Shown: positions 19,965 through 33,157, counted from the first letter of the stretch. The stretch: 64,000 bases of DNA from Amphiscolops sp. MND2022 (GCA_964187785.1 OZ076417.1:34224001-34288000), one strand, 5' to 3'. Made by a program: numbers and translations. Notes: generated by a model not told the origin, from the sequence alone.

Positions 19965-22900
19965 TTAAAAATTATGAATACTACCTTCAGTAGATGCAGG
20001 AATAGCATAGTGGCCATAGGCGAGGGAATGGATACCATCGTCCAAAAGGTAACGTTTGTCGTCGAAGGACGTCAGGGCAACTTTGTCTACTGAATTAACA
20101 ATGATTTGATGGTTGACATACCTCAACTGAGTCATCTTTTTGCTGATTGATTTTTTGCTCAAAAGACACTCTTTGAAAATGTTGTGATTGAGAGTTTTCT
20201 TCACTGCCTTGCCGACACCTTTAGCACTCTGCTTTTTACCCCCGACAAAGTCAATGCTGTACAATTTTGACCGGAGGCACACTACTTCTCTAAGGATTTT
20301 GCCTTGAAGTTCATCTGTCATGGTCAATGGTACTTTCTTATTTGTTGGATCGTAGAGAAAATGTTCTCGAGGGTAGTCGGACAAGTCCAACAGATGTTTG
20401 AAACTAGCCATGTCCTCGTAAAAGTTTACAGTTTTAATGCAGTAGAGAAAAGAATCAGTGTCTTTGTAGGCCACTTTCAGTCTGTCTGCGGAATAGCGGG
20501 GAATCATCTCCTCGTAATGGAACTTGTATAGAGACAGCTTTGAGAGATCCAGTATTGAGGCCCCAAATGCAGTTGGTTTATCCCAAAGAACAGTGGTAGA
20601 CTTGAAGGAAACTGTAACTAGGTTTTCACTTATAATGTGAAAAGCCTTGAAAGCGGCACTGTTAACAAAAGATTCTGCTTCCTCAACATTCGTGAGGAAT
20701 CGAATGTTACTGTGTTTGCGCAGATTCTCCATCGTCTTTCCAAAGCAAGCATTGCTCATCAACTTGAAAAAAGCTATCTCGAAGTCGTTTTCGGCTTGTT
20801 TGCGCATTGTTGTATTTTTTTTTCTATATACGCTCCCAACCATCTACTTTGCTGGAACTGACAAACTCGATGTAACTTCTCAACAATCAATCCATGCTTC
20901 ACATAATATTTCAAATTTTCATATTGGCAAACATAGTTTTTCTTGTCGAACAATGTTTCCACCAATTTGGCGGACTTGTTGGGCTGCACTTCGAAAGTTT
21001 TCGCATAGTCGGAGAACCAAGACGAACGAATTTCGAGTTTTTCTGGCGCTAGAGGCAATCCATTGTGAATGTCGTGCAAGTGTTGAGGATACTTTAAGTC
21101 GACTTCAACAAAATATCCCACGCTTGAATCTTCAGGTGTTTCAAGTATTTCTTGCAAAGTGATTGTAGAGTTCCAGATGTAATCGCACCTTGGCATCAGT
21201 TTCTGCCTTGTACCTGCGTACAAAGAAGTAACATCGAAAAACCCACCAAAGGTAGTAACTTCGTTTCGATCATAATCACTCAACATTGAATTGTTCGCCC
21301 TGAATTGTCTAACATCACCAACTCCATTAACTCCCCCACGAGTGCTCCTTTCAAAAAATAGAAGTTTGTCAATGTCATCGAGTAAACTCAACTTGGCTTC
21401 TGTTGATATAAGCATGGCATCCCAACTCAAGTTGGGCGCTGAGTAAAAGTGAGACGGATCAAGCTTGTAGACGTTCATGCATTCTTTTCTGAATTTCTCA
21501 AAAATATCGGCCAGCAGGAATACATCTGTTTCCAAGTAAATGTCGTGGTAATCGCCTAAATTTTGGCAAGAGAAGGCGTTATAATGCTAACTGCATCATC
21601 GAAATCTTCTGAAGTAATGTCTATGGATCCAGTCAAGGAGTTCCTCCAGGCATCGCCGAACGGTGGCAAGGCTACATCAAACTTCTGTAAACTATCCAAA
21701 AACTATACGGGAAATGTCCCTTCTTTGTAAGTTTCTGGAACAAATCATCTGTCACATGGGAAGAGTGTCGGCGGAGTAGAACAAAGTCTTTTAGTTGCAC
21801 AGTCTTGGCTAAAGAATCGAGACTTTGCGACATGAATTGCAAACTGTCCAAGAACCTCAACGAATGTCGTAAAGTTACAAACTTGTTTCTTTTATCTTTG
21901 TAGCTCCCCACAGGTACCGCTATGCTGAATGATGTGAATGTTTCGTCGGTTCTTGCAATAGCTGACAATTTTTCTCCCGCGAGCAACCTTAAGTTTTTAA
22001 GGATATGGTGCGAATCATAAGGAGAAAGATTGTGAAAAAAAATTGGCAGAAACTTTGTGGTTTGTGCCCGCAGGTTACAACTGGAGTGAGCAACACCAAA
22101 AATTATGCCTGTTACGTGGCAATGATGAATTACTCGATTTGACACTTCAGAAGCTTTGTGACAAATGCAGCACTCAGCTGATGGCGCCGACAAAAGTATT
22201 TTTCTCTGCGTTTTACACATCTTTAGGAATCTGAATTTCTGTTTCGATAACTCCAATTGCACCAATCTCGTAAAATTGAAAGCAATTTTTCGATGCAATT
22301 CGGTCCTCTGTAGAAAGACTCCTTGATTACACCACCCGCTGAAAATGAAAATTGAAAATTTTTTTAAATGGCTAAGGCAGTATTCGAGACAAAGTTCTAC
22401 AAACCTTTAGCATCCACAAGAATGGCACCGTAGCTAGCTGGATATTGCTCCACTTCTCGGGTTTTCAACTTGCAACCAATTGAGCCCATTGAAGGCACAT
22501 TTATGGCTTCCAAATCGGCCTAAACTATGAAGGGATTCCATTGTGTTTTCTGCCAGTTAGTGAATTCAATAACGCGTTCTTTGTCTGGCATTCGAATTTC
22601 CAAAGGGGCATTGCTTTCACAAAATTTCAAATGTTTTTCCATGTTCTGTTCCAAGACGGGTTGATAACAATTTCGACAAAACCGGCTTTTTGGTCCCTTT
22701 GCTTGCTTCTTTGGTGATCTTGATAAATGGTGAATGATGTTTGAAAAGTTTCTAATCAAACAATAGTGTCTCTTCTTCTTCCCTTCGATTAAGCGCAAAA
22801 GATCCACCCTTCGTTTGAACTTTTTGTTTTTGCTGTTGTAAACGTTGACCAGTTTGTTACCATCCAATTGATACACATAGATCTTACATTTGTTTTGCAA

Positions 22901-23802
22901 CTCGAACGATCGGATACCAGAGAGTGGCATTGGCATTTCACTTGCATTGAACTTCAATTTTTGAACATTTTTCAGATGTGTCTTCAGCCTGAATGGACGT
23001 CCAACAAAAGAAAAAGAGAAGAGAGCTGCAGCAACGCAGTATATGAAGCACAGGTTGTCTTTCTTATTGATGATGTTCAAAAGACTTCGACTCACTTTCT
23101 GGAGAATAGCTGGAGTCTCAATGTAAGAGCCACATTTAGCTGTTTTCAGTTCGAAACGCATCAATTTTTCCACAACCCAGCCCGAACCACCGGTAGCGAA
23201 AACATTCACCCGGCTAATTAGCTGATCAACATGCTCCATATACTCTTCGGTCAGCCTCGCCATGTTAGAATTAAAGTAAGCTTCGGTTGATTCTTCAACG
23301 ATGGGTTTGACCAATCCAACACTGATTGAGAATCCTATTTTAACACTCGCAGTTGTGTTCAACAAGGAATTCACGAAACGCAAAATATTGTCTTTCAAAA
23401 AATCAAACAGTTGAAGGGGTCAATGAAAGAGGCATTTCCTGTTTCAACTCGATGAATTTGAAAGCGGGTATTCAATGCTCTTGTAGTAATTTCAACCACT
23501 TATGACTCTTCAGCAACACGCGATCGAGATGAAATTGCCATTTCATGGTCATTTTCGTGATCATTGAGAGTTGTTGAACAGCCAAAGAAAGTGGGACAAG
23601 AAGAACATCGGTAGTGGCCATTCAAATGATGTTGCGAACGTAGATGTCTCAAAAGATTTTTGACCTGGGTGAAACCAACAGAACCTTGTCCACATTGGAA
23701 AGCTTTGGCATTTCGAGACCCATCGAAGTGCTTGGTTTTGATATGATTTGTTAGTGATCGTTGTGAAGTCAAAACCTTCCCACATTGGTAACACGAGTAC
23801 AT
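19965..23802 (-). pseudogene. Protein-primed family B DNA polymerase with N-terminal C2H2 zinc fingers and an Endonuclease-VII-like insert; several frameshifts
   Basis: Fragments 23500-23802 (C2H2), 22520-23398 (GSGW...SYI, NLCFIYCVAA), 21672-22298 (HHCHVTG...AHSSCNL, FFHNL, FLDS), 20774-21535 (DVTSLY) and 19965-20843 (KLMSNACFGK, YKDTDS, LRSKLY). Confidence 0.92.
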
Positions 23803-24364
23803 TTCAGATCAAAATCTTTCACATCTATAGTCCCTTTCAAAGTATTGTGAAAACACGCTTTCGAAGCAACATGCAAAAAATTTTTATAGGTCAAAAAAAC
23901 ATTGATGCGAAGAATTCCACAATAACTACTAATTGAAAAGCTTCAGATCGCGAAAAAGCCTCAAATCTAATTATGCCTATCGATGTCTTAGTCTGTAGTT
24001 TTAATTATGTCGCAACATTTTTTTTCTTTGAATGGGGACTATGGTTTAATTGCCAAGAGAAGCCTTTTTAGTTTATTTTCTAGTTTTTCAGAATTGGGAA
24101 GAAAAGTTCATAACACTGATTTTCGAAGGTTATGCGAAGTTAGATATACATTGTAACTTCGTTCAATTAAGCAAAATGATATTTTGTATAATGTTTTGTC
24201 TCAGTTACTTTTGCTTCATGTAGAATAAGGTTGAATGCATTTGATAAGAAATCAGAAAGTGACACAGAAATGTCAGCTCAGTTTACTTTGTTCAGTTTCG
24301 GTTTCCAACAGAGAAATTCAAACTAAAATTTTGAACAGTGAATGAAATTTGACAGCCGAGTGGT

Positions 24365-24579
24365 AAAATATACAAAAGTTGACAGTTCAAACAAAATGAA
24401 TATACAACAAATATACAACAAAATATACAAAAGTTGACAGTTCAAACAAAATGATCTTTGACTTTTCTGACTTAGAAAATTTCCGGTTTGGGAGCCCAAA
24501 ACGTGCATTGAAAATCTTCGAAAATTTTCTAAAGAGCCAAAAACGTGCATAACCCCCCCGCCCCCCGTCTATTACTACT
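24365..24579. repeat. Polinton right terminal region (presumed TIR) with a 35-bp direct repeat and AGTAGT terminus
   Basis: AAAATATACAAAAGTTGACAGTTCAAACAAAATGA at 24365 and 24420, then a C-rich tract and ATTACTACT ending at 24579. The partner TIR is not in the window. Confidence 0.62.
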
Positions 24580-27347
24580 AACACCGAATGAATAACACGG
24601 ACCATTCCTAACCCAGCCACCGAGTGTCCGCCAATAATACATCCTCGTTGTAACCCTGTTCTTCACGACCAACCTCATTTTATCAACCAGCCGATACAGC
24701 AAGCTTTTACCTCCGCCCCTGCTGTACGAGTTGATTCAGCCCAACACCCGTTCACCGCCTCTTGAATAAAACTGCTTAAATGGACTGAACATACAGGTAG
24801 AAACCACATGTCAATACCTACTCTGCTCGATTGCCAACAATGGTTGAATGTCACCGAAAAGAATCCTTCGACTGACAAAAGGTCTGTTTCACCACGATAC
24901 AGGAACGTCAACAGTTTCAACGTTCCCATAACCAAAACAAATCCTCGCGACAACCACAGTTTAACGCTGCCGCCATCGAAAAATTTCCCAAAGATCTTTT
25001 CTCCGTTCTCCAAATTATCCCCGTTTCCATCATCAATGGAGATAAAACGTTTGATACATATGCCTTGATTGATCCCGGTAGCACAGGAACGTACATCGTA
25101 GACCATATCTCGAGTTTCCTCAGCTTGAAAACTGGCAAAGAATTTGAACTAGATGTACAGCTTCTGAATATTTCTCGTTCCTTGTCAGTCTCCGCCACAT
25201 CTTTTGACATTGAACCGTACGTCGACAATGACAACAAATTTCACGTACAACACGCTTTTTCCATCCCCAATATCAACCTTCCCCTGCCGATACCACCGAA
25301 TTGAAAGACATTTGTCAACAATTCGCCCAGCTCCGTCACATAAAGTTGCCAGACATCAATCAGGGAAAAATTGGTTTCCTCCGCGGCACCGCTTGTGTCC
25401 CGTTCGCCCATTCGTTAGACTGGATTCGAGAAGCTCGCAACTGTCCTTCCGGTATTCGAACGGAACTCGGCTGGACAATTGCTGGCGAGTTCCGTCACTC
25501 CTCCCGAAACAAATTTACCGCCGCGACGCCCCTGCTTTTCTTCGCTTGCCATGAAACATCACCTCAATCAGCTTCCACCGACATTCTGGAACACTTCTGG
25601 AATGTTGAAAAAATAGCCACTGAACCAACACAAAAAGATGTTTTGTCTACACATGACAAAGAAGCTTTCAAGACACCTGCCGCCACAATGGCGAAAGGAT
25701 CGAAATAGGACTTCCTTGGAAACGCGACACGCCACTCCCGAACAATTATTTCGCCTCATTAAGTCAACTCCGCAGCCTCGGAAAACGCTTCCGAGAGCAC
25801 CCACAGAAGAAGGTCAAAATTCGACAAAATCTTGCAGAAGAATCTCGAAAAAGGTAATGTGAAACAAGTCAAAATGCAACACCCGCTGCCCCCGCGAATT
25901 TGGTACCTCCCCACGCATCGCGTCGAGAATCCCAATAAACCAGGAAATGTCCGCGGAGTAGCCAACGCAGCCTCGATGTTCAAGGGCGTATCGCTCAATA
26001 ACGCTCTTTTAACCGGTCCAGACCTGTTAGCTAATTTGCTCGGAATCATTCTCCGTTTCCGCAAAGATCCCGTCGGTGCGTTAGCCGACATCGAAGGCAT
26101 GTTTATGCAAATTGCCATCCGTGAAGAAGACCAGTCTGCGCTACGCTTCCTCTGGTTAGAAGATGGTATCGTTCGCCAATATCAATATTTTCGCCTAATC
26201 TTTGGCGCCACGTGCTCACCCTGCTGCGCCGTTTTCGCTCTCCACTGTTGCGCTGCCGACCTATCCGACCTCTTTCCCGACGATTATGAAGCAGTTTTAA
26301 ACAACTTTTACATGGATGACTTCATTGTCGTTTGCCACCGCTGGAGCCGCTCGTCGCCTCGCATCGAATCTACGCACCGTTCTCCAACACGGAGGGTTCC
26401 GCCTTACCAAGTTCGTTTCGAATAATCCCGCCGCTCTTTCCGAAGACGACAAAGAAATCATTCAGAACACAACGAAAGTGCTTGGTCAATCTTGGTGTCT
26501 TCGGATTGACACGTTCACAGCTCCAACCTACGGTGCCGATTTCCATCCACAGATATGCCATATCCATTCGCCAACTCCGGAGTTGATCATGCGTTTGGAC
26601 CATTCTTTGTCAACGGCAAACGAATTGGAAACACTACAGCTCAATCTTCACCTGTCTCCTCACCTGTGCCTGTCATTTTGAACCTTGTCCCACCTTGACC
26701 ACGGACATCTTCATCAACGCCTTCCGACGCTTCATTACCTGCAAACTCTGCAAACTCGCCCCTAGCACCCGAGATGGAATGGTACCTCAACCCGTCGTTT
26801 GCGCCGCACTTTGGTGGGGCGTGGGAACGCCTTATCCAAACAGCCAAGAAGACTATCTACCTGATGAATCTAGAACTGTTTCACACAATCCTTGCCGAAA
26901 CAGAACTGATGCTCAACTCACGACCTGTGACCCATGTTGCCGACTACCCTGACAACGAAGTACCTCCGACTCCCTACCATTTTCTCCACAGAGCCTATGC
27001 AAACCTGGCACCTGGAGTTTCCTAAGATTCTAGTTATCAGCTCACGCAGAAGTCTTGGAAAGAAGCTCAAAAACTTGTCAACCATTTTTGGGAGACTACT
27101 AACTGAATACATTCCCACTCTGCACCACCGATCGAAGTGGAATGTACAACTACCACCAATTACTGTTGGAGGACTTGTGTGGGTGCTTCGAGACTTCACT
27201 CCTCGTGGGATTTGGCCTATTGGGCCAGTGGAAGCTGTTTTCCCTGGGCGAGATGGACAAACCCGCGTGTTTTCTGTTAAGGCAGCTTACGGAACTTTCC
27301 GAGTCGAGCGCCCCCCTGTCTCCCTTTCCTGCGGTTTCGCCCCGTGA
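24580..27347 (+). mobile_element. BEL/Pao LTR retrotransposon, 5'-interrupted and decayed (gag end, protease, RT, integrase; RNase H largely missing)
   Basis: Protease YALIDPGS; RT WYLPTH...LNNALLTGPDLL...DIEGMF...FYMDD; integrase DIFINAFRRF, APHFGGAWERLI, IWPIG. Many frameshifts. Confidence 0.9.
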
Positions 27348-27424
27348 CGGTTCGTTCGCCACGACTCATTTTCCTATAGGTTTTTCCGGTCTGCCTTCTC
27401 TCTCTTCTGCCTGTAGTTTTTTTT

Positions 27425-27470
27425 GGGGGGGTGGTGGGGGGCTGGAGCATGTCAATGATGATTCACAACA
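27425..27470 (+). other. Possible polypurine tract and start (TGT at 27450) of the 3' LTR of the BEL element
   Basis: A G-rich tract lies ~80 nt after the integrase stop and is followed by TGTCA; the LTR end could not be found. Confidence 0.35.
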
Positions 27471-27955
27471 TTGACTCAACATGAACTCTAAACTATTTTC
27501 AACTTAACTTCTTGATTTTTCACGTTTGTTTCCATAGTTTTGTTCAAACTGTTGATCGGACTGGTGATTCAATGAATGAAATACAAGACGTTTCTTATAG
27601 AGGAAAATAATATTTGATTGACAAAGGTTGTTGAAGATTTTATGTAAATGGGTTAATGTAAAGGCCATTTACCTGCTTGAACTTGAAGTTAGTCATATTT
27701 GTCTTATCAAATGTCAAGACGTCCCGTGGATTTTGGATTCAAAAAGGTTATTCTGAATAAAGCATGTGGCAGCTCACATCTTCGTTCAGTTATTATGAAT
27801 TAAATGATCTTCCTTATGGTTTTTTCATTCTTTTCAGATGTTTTGTATCATCATCTGTACATACTAAGACTAATAATCATCTATGCACTATTGATCATTT
27901 GTACTTCTTCGCTCTCCCACCACGGGGCACAATGTGATTGGTCAGTGTTCGAGAG

Positions 27956-28156
27956 ATGGCAGCGACTGAAGCTGTCTCACCAAACAGAGGGGGCAAGTCT
28001 TCTAAGTCAGGGGTCCAAGGAGGAGGCGTGGGCGGGGCATCGAATGACGTCATTAATAGCAACAACTCATCAACACATCAGCATCGGTCGCAGAGTGAGA
28101 TGATCAGGATCCCACTGCCCACCAATGCATCTGCCTTCAAATCGAGACTCAGTAGA
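27956..28156 (+). CDS. DNAL4: Dynein axonemal light chain 4-like, exon 1 (Gly/Ser-rich N-terminal extension)
   Basis: ATG 27956, 67 codons, donor GTGAGT at 28157 (phase 0), in frame with exon 2. Confidence 0.55.
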
Positions 28157-28490
28157 GTGAGTAGGATCTTTAATTGTGAACTCAGTCTATTCTGTGATGC
28201 AAGAGGGGGCTTAAGGAACATCATTTTCATCATCGCTTTCAGAATACATCACGAAGTATCCAAAAAAGCCGTCTAATGGTAATGATTTATCCCCTGTTCG
28301 GGCTTGTTTATCAAACGATTGTCGTAGATGAATACTCAATTTGAATTAGGATTGTTTCCTCAAAAAGAGTTAGTTACCAGGCCAAGTAGTTCAAGTTTGG
28401 GATTTTGCAGCTTGTGATGTGTTTGAAAGATAGGCCAATGTCTTTCTACTGTTTCTATCCTTTCGTGACCTTTGTGGGTGTTGGCTTCAG

Positions 28491-28726
28491 AACCCGACCA
28501 TGCAGAAAAGGGGAGGCAGAGGGAGTGGCAGATGTGTGAGTGGAGGTGCAGTGGATACGCACTCGTGTAGTCTGCCCCCTCAACTGGCCCACGCTCTGAT
28601 CAGACACACAGACATGAGTTACGTCATGCGCAATTACGCCCTAGATCTGTGTGTGATGGCACTCCTGAAGCACAGCACCTGCAACGAGTCAGCTGCCCGC
28701 TTCATTAAGGAACATATGGATAAGAA
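28491..28726 (+). CDS. DNAL4: Dynein axonemal light chain 4-like, exon 2
   Basis: Acceptor CTTCAG at 28490. ALIRHTDMSYVMRNYALDLCVMALLKHSTCNESAARFIKEHMDK resembles the DNAL4 core (RHSDM...NESAAKMIKETMDKK). Donor GTAGGT at 28727 (phase 2). Confidence 0.88.
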
Positions 28727-29089
28727 GTAGGTGAAATATCAAACAAGACAGCAACATATGTCGGAGCCCTGCCTAAGACTAAAAAACGCAAAGTTTCAAA
28801 AATATGCTCAGGGCGTTTTTGAATAAAAGCATTACCTAAAAATCATTAGTAAAATCATTAAAACCATAGGAGTTCCAACCAAGCGGCAGTCAGATTACAA
28901 GTGGTACTAAGTTACTTTAAAGAAATGCTTATAGAAATGTGTCAGTTCACTGCTCCTAAAAACAAAGTAGGATATAGCGCAATAGTTTCGAACCTCCGCT
29001 TCCTCGCCAAAACTTCGGATATGGCGTGCTGTGCTGACTAATTTTTAGACAAAAAATACTCATTTTCAGAAATCTCAATGCCGAAAATC

Positions 29090-29420
29090 TGAAACAGGGA
29101 CTTTTGGTCTTTTTCAATATCCAGTTTGTTGAAAAATATTTTAAAAAATGAAGTGGAGACCATTTCGTCCGGTTTTTAGGAGTCGGAAAAAATTTTCGAC
29201 TACTTATGCAATCGTGTCGTTTTTTTCCTTTTTCCTCCCGACCTTTCAATGAAAATTTCAAATTTCTCAGAAACTCTCCATACGATTCGAACGAAATTTT
29301 ATACAGTCATTTTCTACACCAGAATATGGTCCTATGTGTGCAATTTCAAAAAATTCGTATGACGGGGATTCGAGCAAGTCAGAAGGAAGAAGACCTAAGC
29401 TGACTCCTTTACCGCATATG
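29090..29420. repeat. Dispersed non-coding repeat, related to 35510-36010
   Basis: Shares TTTTAGGAGT.GGAAAAAATTTT.G.CTACTTATGCAATC and CCATACGATTCGAAC...AAAATCGTATGAC.GGGAT blocks with the 35.5-36.0 kb region. Confidence 0.7.
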
Positions 29421-30020
29421 CGGCTATAGTGTATATTACATTTAAAATGGAAAGTGGAAGGGTGTCGAGTCTCAATTATTTCTTGCAATGATCTATATAC
29501 GTTTCCGATGTATTCTTTTAGTTGAACAAACTTAACAAAAACCGTTGCGAGAAGAAACTTGGACAAACTGCACAAGAGGAATAAACGAGTGACTGTAAAA
29601 GTCGTGCTTTTTTATTCTAACAGCACCTACTAAAAAAGCATTGAAACGGCTAAAGTCGGCGCTCCGCTTGAGGCGAAGGGGCGGGCCAGGCAGGCTGCGT
29701 GAATAGAGTTTGTACAGAAAGTCGATAATATTGAGTTCTGTGGTCTGCAGAAAAAACTGGTCACCGTAATAGCCGGGCACATAAAATGCGTCGATTAACC
29801 AAAAAGGTAGTGTACTAATTCATGTTCGTTTGTCGCTGATGATTTTCTCCACCTAAGGGTTAAGATGTTATTGCTTCAGAAATAAAATTTTGCGGATTTG
29901 TTTTTATTTTCCGCCCCCGCAATTTGTGTAGGGGGAGGAAAATCACCATCTGTGTAGCGTTTTCCCAAATTCTGCCAAATCCCCAGTTTATTACTGAATT
30001 TAGTATGTGGATATTTCAGT

Positions 30021-30087
30021 TACCGTGGCCCAGTTAGTAGTGCGTCCTCTTGGCAGACTGGGCCTCGTGGGTTCGAACACGGGCGGA
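30021..30087 (+). other. tRNA-derived sequence (SINE head or tRNA pseudogene)
   Basis: A-box-like TGGCCCAGTTAG and B-box GGTTCGAAC at tRNA spacing; the anticodon stem does not pair. Confidence 0.5.
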
Positions 30088-30582
30088 TACAGGAAATTTT
30101 GTGATATTTCATGTTTTTGTTATATTTCATGCTTGAAATGCTATCTTTGATGAGTATAGATACAAATATTGCGTAAACGCGAAGTAAATATTGAAATCAA
30201 CCTTGAGACAAGAATGTTCCAGCAATTGCTAAGCAGGATTCACAACGATCATTTTTCATTTAGTTATTGAACTCTCTTGACAACTAAGTTGAGAATATTG
30301 AGTTAGGGTTTCCCAAAAACTCGCTTATCACTAGTTGCGCTTGTGACTCAGCTCTAACGCTTAAGCGGCGCTTTCTGGAACAGTTTTGGTTCAGAAATGT
30401 AAAAGTAAAGGCTGAGAAATGGCTAACATTTCCGACCAATAATAGCGCATATTTCAGTCGCTTTCGGTGTCGCCTCTCAGAGATAACGTCGCTTTCGCTT
30501 TTTCTCGCGCTTTCGCTTACAAGCGACTTAATTCACTGGTTGAGAGTTTCAGGATGTTTGCAATTTCAACAGTTGCTATTTC

Positions 30583-31020
30583 GGTACTGCTGACTAAGTG
30601 TGGTCCCAAGCGATTTCTGCTTGCTAAGCGTGGTCCCTATAATATAAGTGTGTTCCCTGCATATTTTGTCGGAATTATTATTATAACGTAGTCAGCTATG
30701 TTCACATACCCCTAGTGCCCTAAATGCAGGAGCGAAGCGAAGTGGAGCGACGTGCCATATGGCCATGCAGCAATGTTGCTACTTGGCGAAGGAAGCAAAG
30801 CGACCGAGTCATAACAAATATGCTAACCTCTTCAAATCAAGTTCCATACATATTGGCTGTAACAGCACTAAAAGCTAGTAATTTGAATTTTGCTGTTTTG
30901 AACTACATGTAATTTTTGCTTCACGCTGGCTCTTCTAAATTTGCTAGGGACCACACTTAGTCAGGAGTTTTCAGACCGGCTGCATAAATTTTGTAGGGAC
31001 CACACTTAGTCAGAAGTACC
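30583..31020. mobile_element. Non-autonomous DNA transposon (Merlin-like MITE) with 8-bp TSD
   Basis: TIRs GGTACTGCTGACTAAGTGTGGTCCC / GGGACCACACTTAGTCAGAAGTACC, repeated subterminal motifs, and GCTATTTC on both sides (30575-30582 and 31021-31028). Confidence 0.8.
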
Positions 31021-33157
31021 GCTATTTCAACGACACACACTTTCAACCCACTGAATTTTTCGATGAATTGCTTTTACGGCATAAATATAACGGATAATTG
31101 ACCCTTTATCCTTTTATCCGGCTTACTATACGTTCGGCTGTTAAACATTCATCTTTAAGCATTTCAAAAACCTCACATGCCACTTCTGACCGTTCTCGTC
31201 AATGTCTCGGTTGAATTAGTGCAAGTTCCCTTTTCCAGTCCTCTCTTTGGTTATTTTAATTTTCTACAACGTTTGCGTTTTTCGGCACAGTTAGGCTTAT
31301 CGAAGATATTTTTGAAAAAAATCAAACCAAAAAAGTTTTCCCTTTCAATTTTCGGTTTTTTTGAGGTTTTCTGTTAAAGAAAATTGTTTTCCAAGCCTTA
31401 AGACATCTTAGGTTATTTTTGGTCCTATGGATGGGACAGATGAGTGTTTTCTTAATACCTTTGAAAAAGACCTTCGGTTTTTTCGGCACTATGCAACTTT
31501 GTTTGAAAAAAACTGGTATTTTCAGTTCAGAAAAAGCTATTTTCGAGTCTCAAGGGTACCTCTTTGGATAGTTTTCGGCCCTGTATGATAATCGAAAAGT
31601 TTCAATAGTTGGACCCCGCATCTTTCAAACATTTAGGTCTTTTTGAAGCTTGAACGGGGTCGTTCCCGGCTTGTTCATGAATAATGCTGGTTTTGTTAAT
31701 AATTATTCATCGTATCGAAACGATATTTTTTAAACGTCAAAAAGTAGACCTAAGTTTTCATAGGTCGAAAATGCAATAGTCTGAAAGTGTGAACGGTTGA
31801 AATGGCATAGGACGAAATGTTCTGACTCCAATCCAATAAGCTAGCGAGTGTTCGTTCGCTTATTATTAGCAAATCGTTCCGTTCTGTGATAGCTTTCACT
31901 GAAGTACACTCAATTTACTTCATAAGAACAAGGTTTATAAGAACGAACACGAGTCTCGAATGTGAAAACATCCAGTTTGAAATAACAATCTAAGAACACA
32001 GCCAGCCTTAAATATCTATGAAGAAAATGGAATATTGGAAATACTTTACTCAGTCAAAAAGAATACTTCAATATCATCAAATTCGGCTCTTTTCTGTTAC
32101 GATAATACACGATTTTGTTGTTGTACGATAATACAATCGGCTATGCTCACTTATATCTAGTGCCTTTAATGCAGGAGCGAAGCGAAGCGAAGCGGAGCGA
32201 CGTGCCACTACTTGACCAGCGGCAGGTTTTGATGAAGGCAGTTCGTATTCAAGGCGATAAAGTATTTTGTTCACAATTTGGCCAAGTTAGGATTGTTTTG
32301 ACTAGTCTACCTGAAAGTGAAACATTCACGCCTGCACCTTTCTATTACAAAATGCGGAGCTTATCCCGTAAATATGTGTAAATGTTGGTTATAATCTATG
32401 AAATTTCCGCAGTTGCACCAATACCACTGCTCCGTGGATGGGCCGATTTTGCGAGGTGTTATCTATCAACCAATGTGACGTACTGAAATGTCATTTAAAG
32501 GACAATGAACGAAACCTCTTGGTTGATATCATTTGACATTCAAAAACATTTGATGTTTGTTCCGTTTGAACTTTTATGAACTATTGTAAGTTGGTAATCA
32601 AGTTGGTATACACAGTTTGACTGGCCATCATCAAGACCAGGTGGTCAAAATTGGTGCAATAAAACTTTTCATTACCGGGAACCAGAACAAAGGAAGACCA
32701 CGAATCCTAAGAACTGTGTTCAGGGAGTAGCATTATGCGACAACCAACAAGTGCTACCGTTTTCATGTCCGAAGCTCCTTGACATAATATTCCTCACCTG
32801 ACAATATGTCTATTGTTCAAATTCAAATATTCAATAAATGGATCTTCGATTTTTTTTTCGTTTTGACGTGCTGTTTTATTGAAAAAAGCGTGACTCAAAG
32901 TGAGTTAAGAGTATAACTTTCTTTTGGTTGCTGACACCATTCCTAATTTGAATATTTCCACTTTGATCACTTTTCTAAGGATTTTCTCTTGCCTTAATTC
33001 CGGAAAAATTAAACTTTGCAGGAAAAGTTGACACTGACAGGAAAAACTAACTGGTGTCAGTTTAATCAAACTTGTTTCCAGAAATGCTGTGACTTGAGAA
33101 TGAAGAATATAGAAGTGTCATTAACTCTAAATGGACCACGACATTTCCGGATACATC

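Larger units (their letters stand above)
1..24579. mobile_element. Polinton/Maverick (adintovirus-like) element, decayed; left end outside the window; interrupted by a ~15 kb Helitron-like insertion
   Basis: Integrase, penton-like, major-capsid-like, adenain-like protease and protein-primed PolB genes occur together. The right end reads ...CTATTACTACT (minus strand 5'-AGTAGTAATAG), the AGT-microsatellite terminus typical of Polintons. Several genes carry frameshifts or stops. Confidence 0.9.

Noticed and set aside
30021-30087. Functional tRNA gene
   Set aside because: Anticodon and acceptor stems do not pair; kept only as a tRNA-derived sequence. The same applies to the cores at ~54700-54778 and ~58270-58350.
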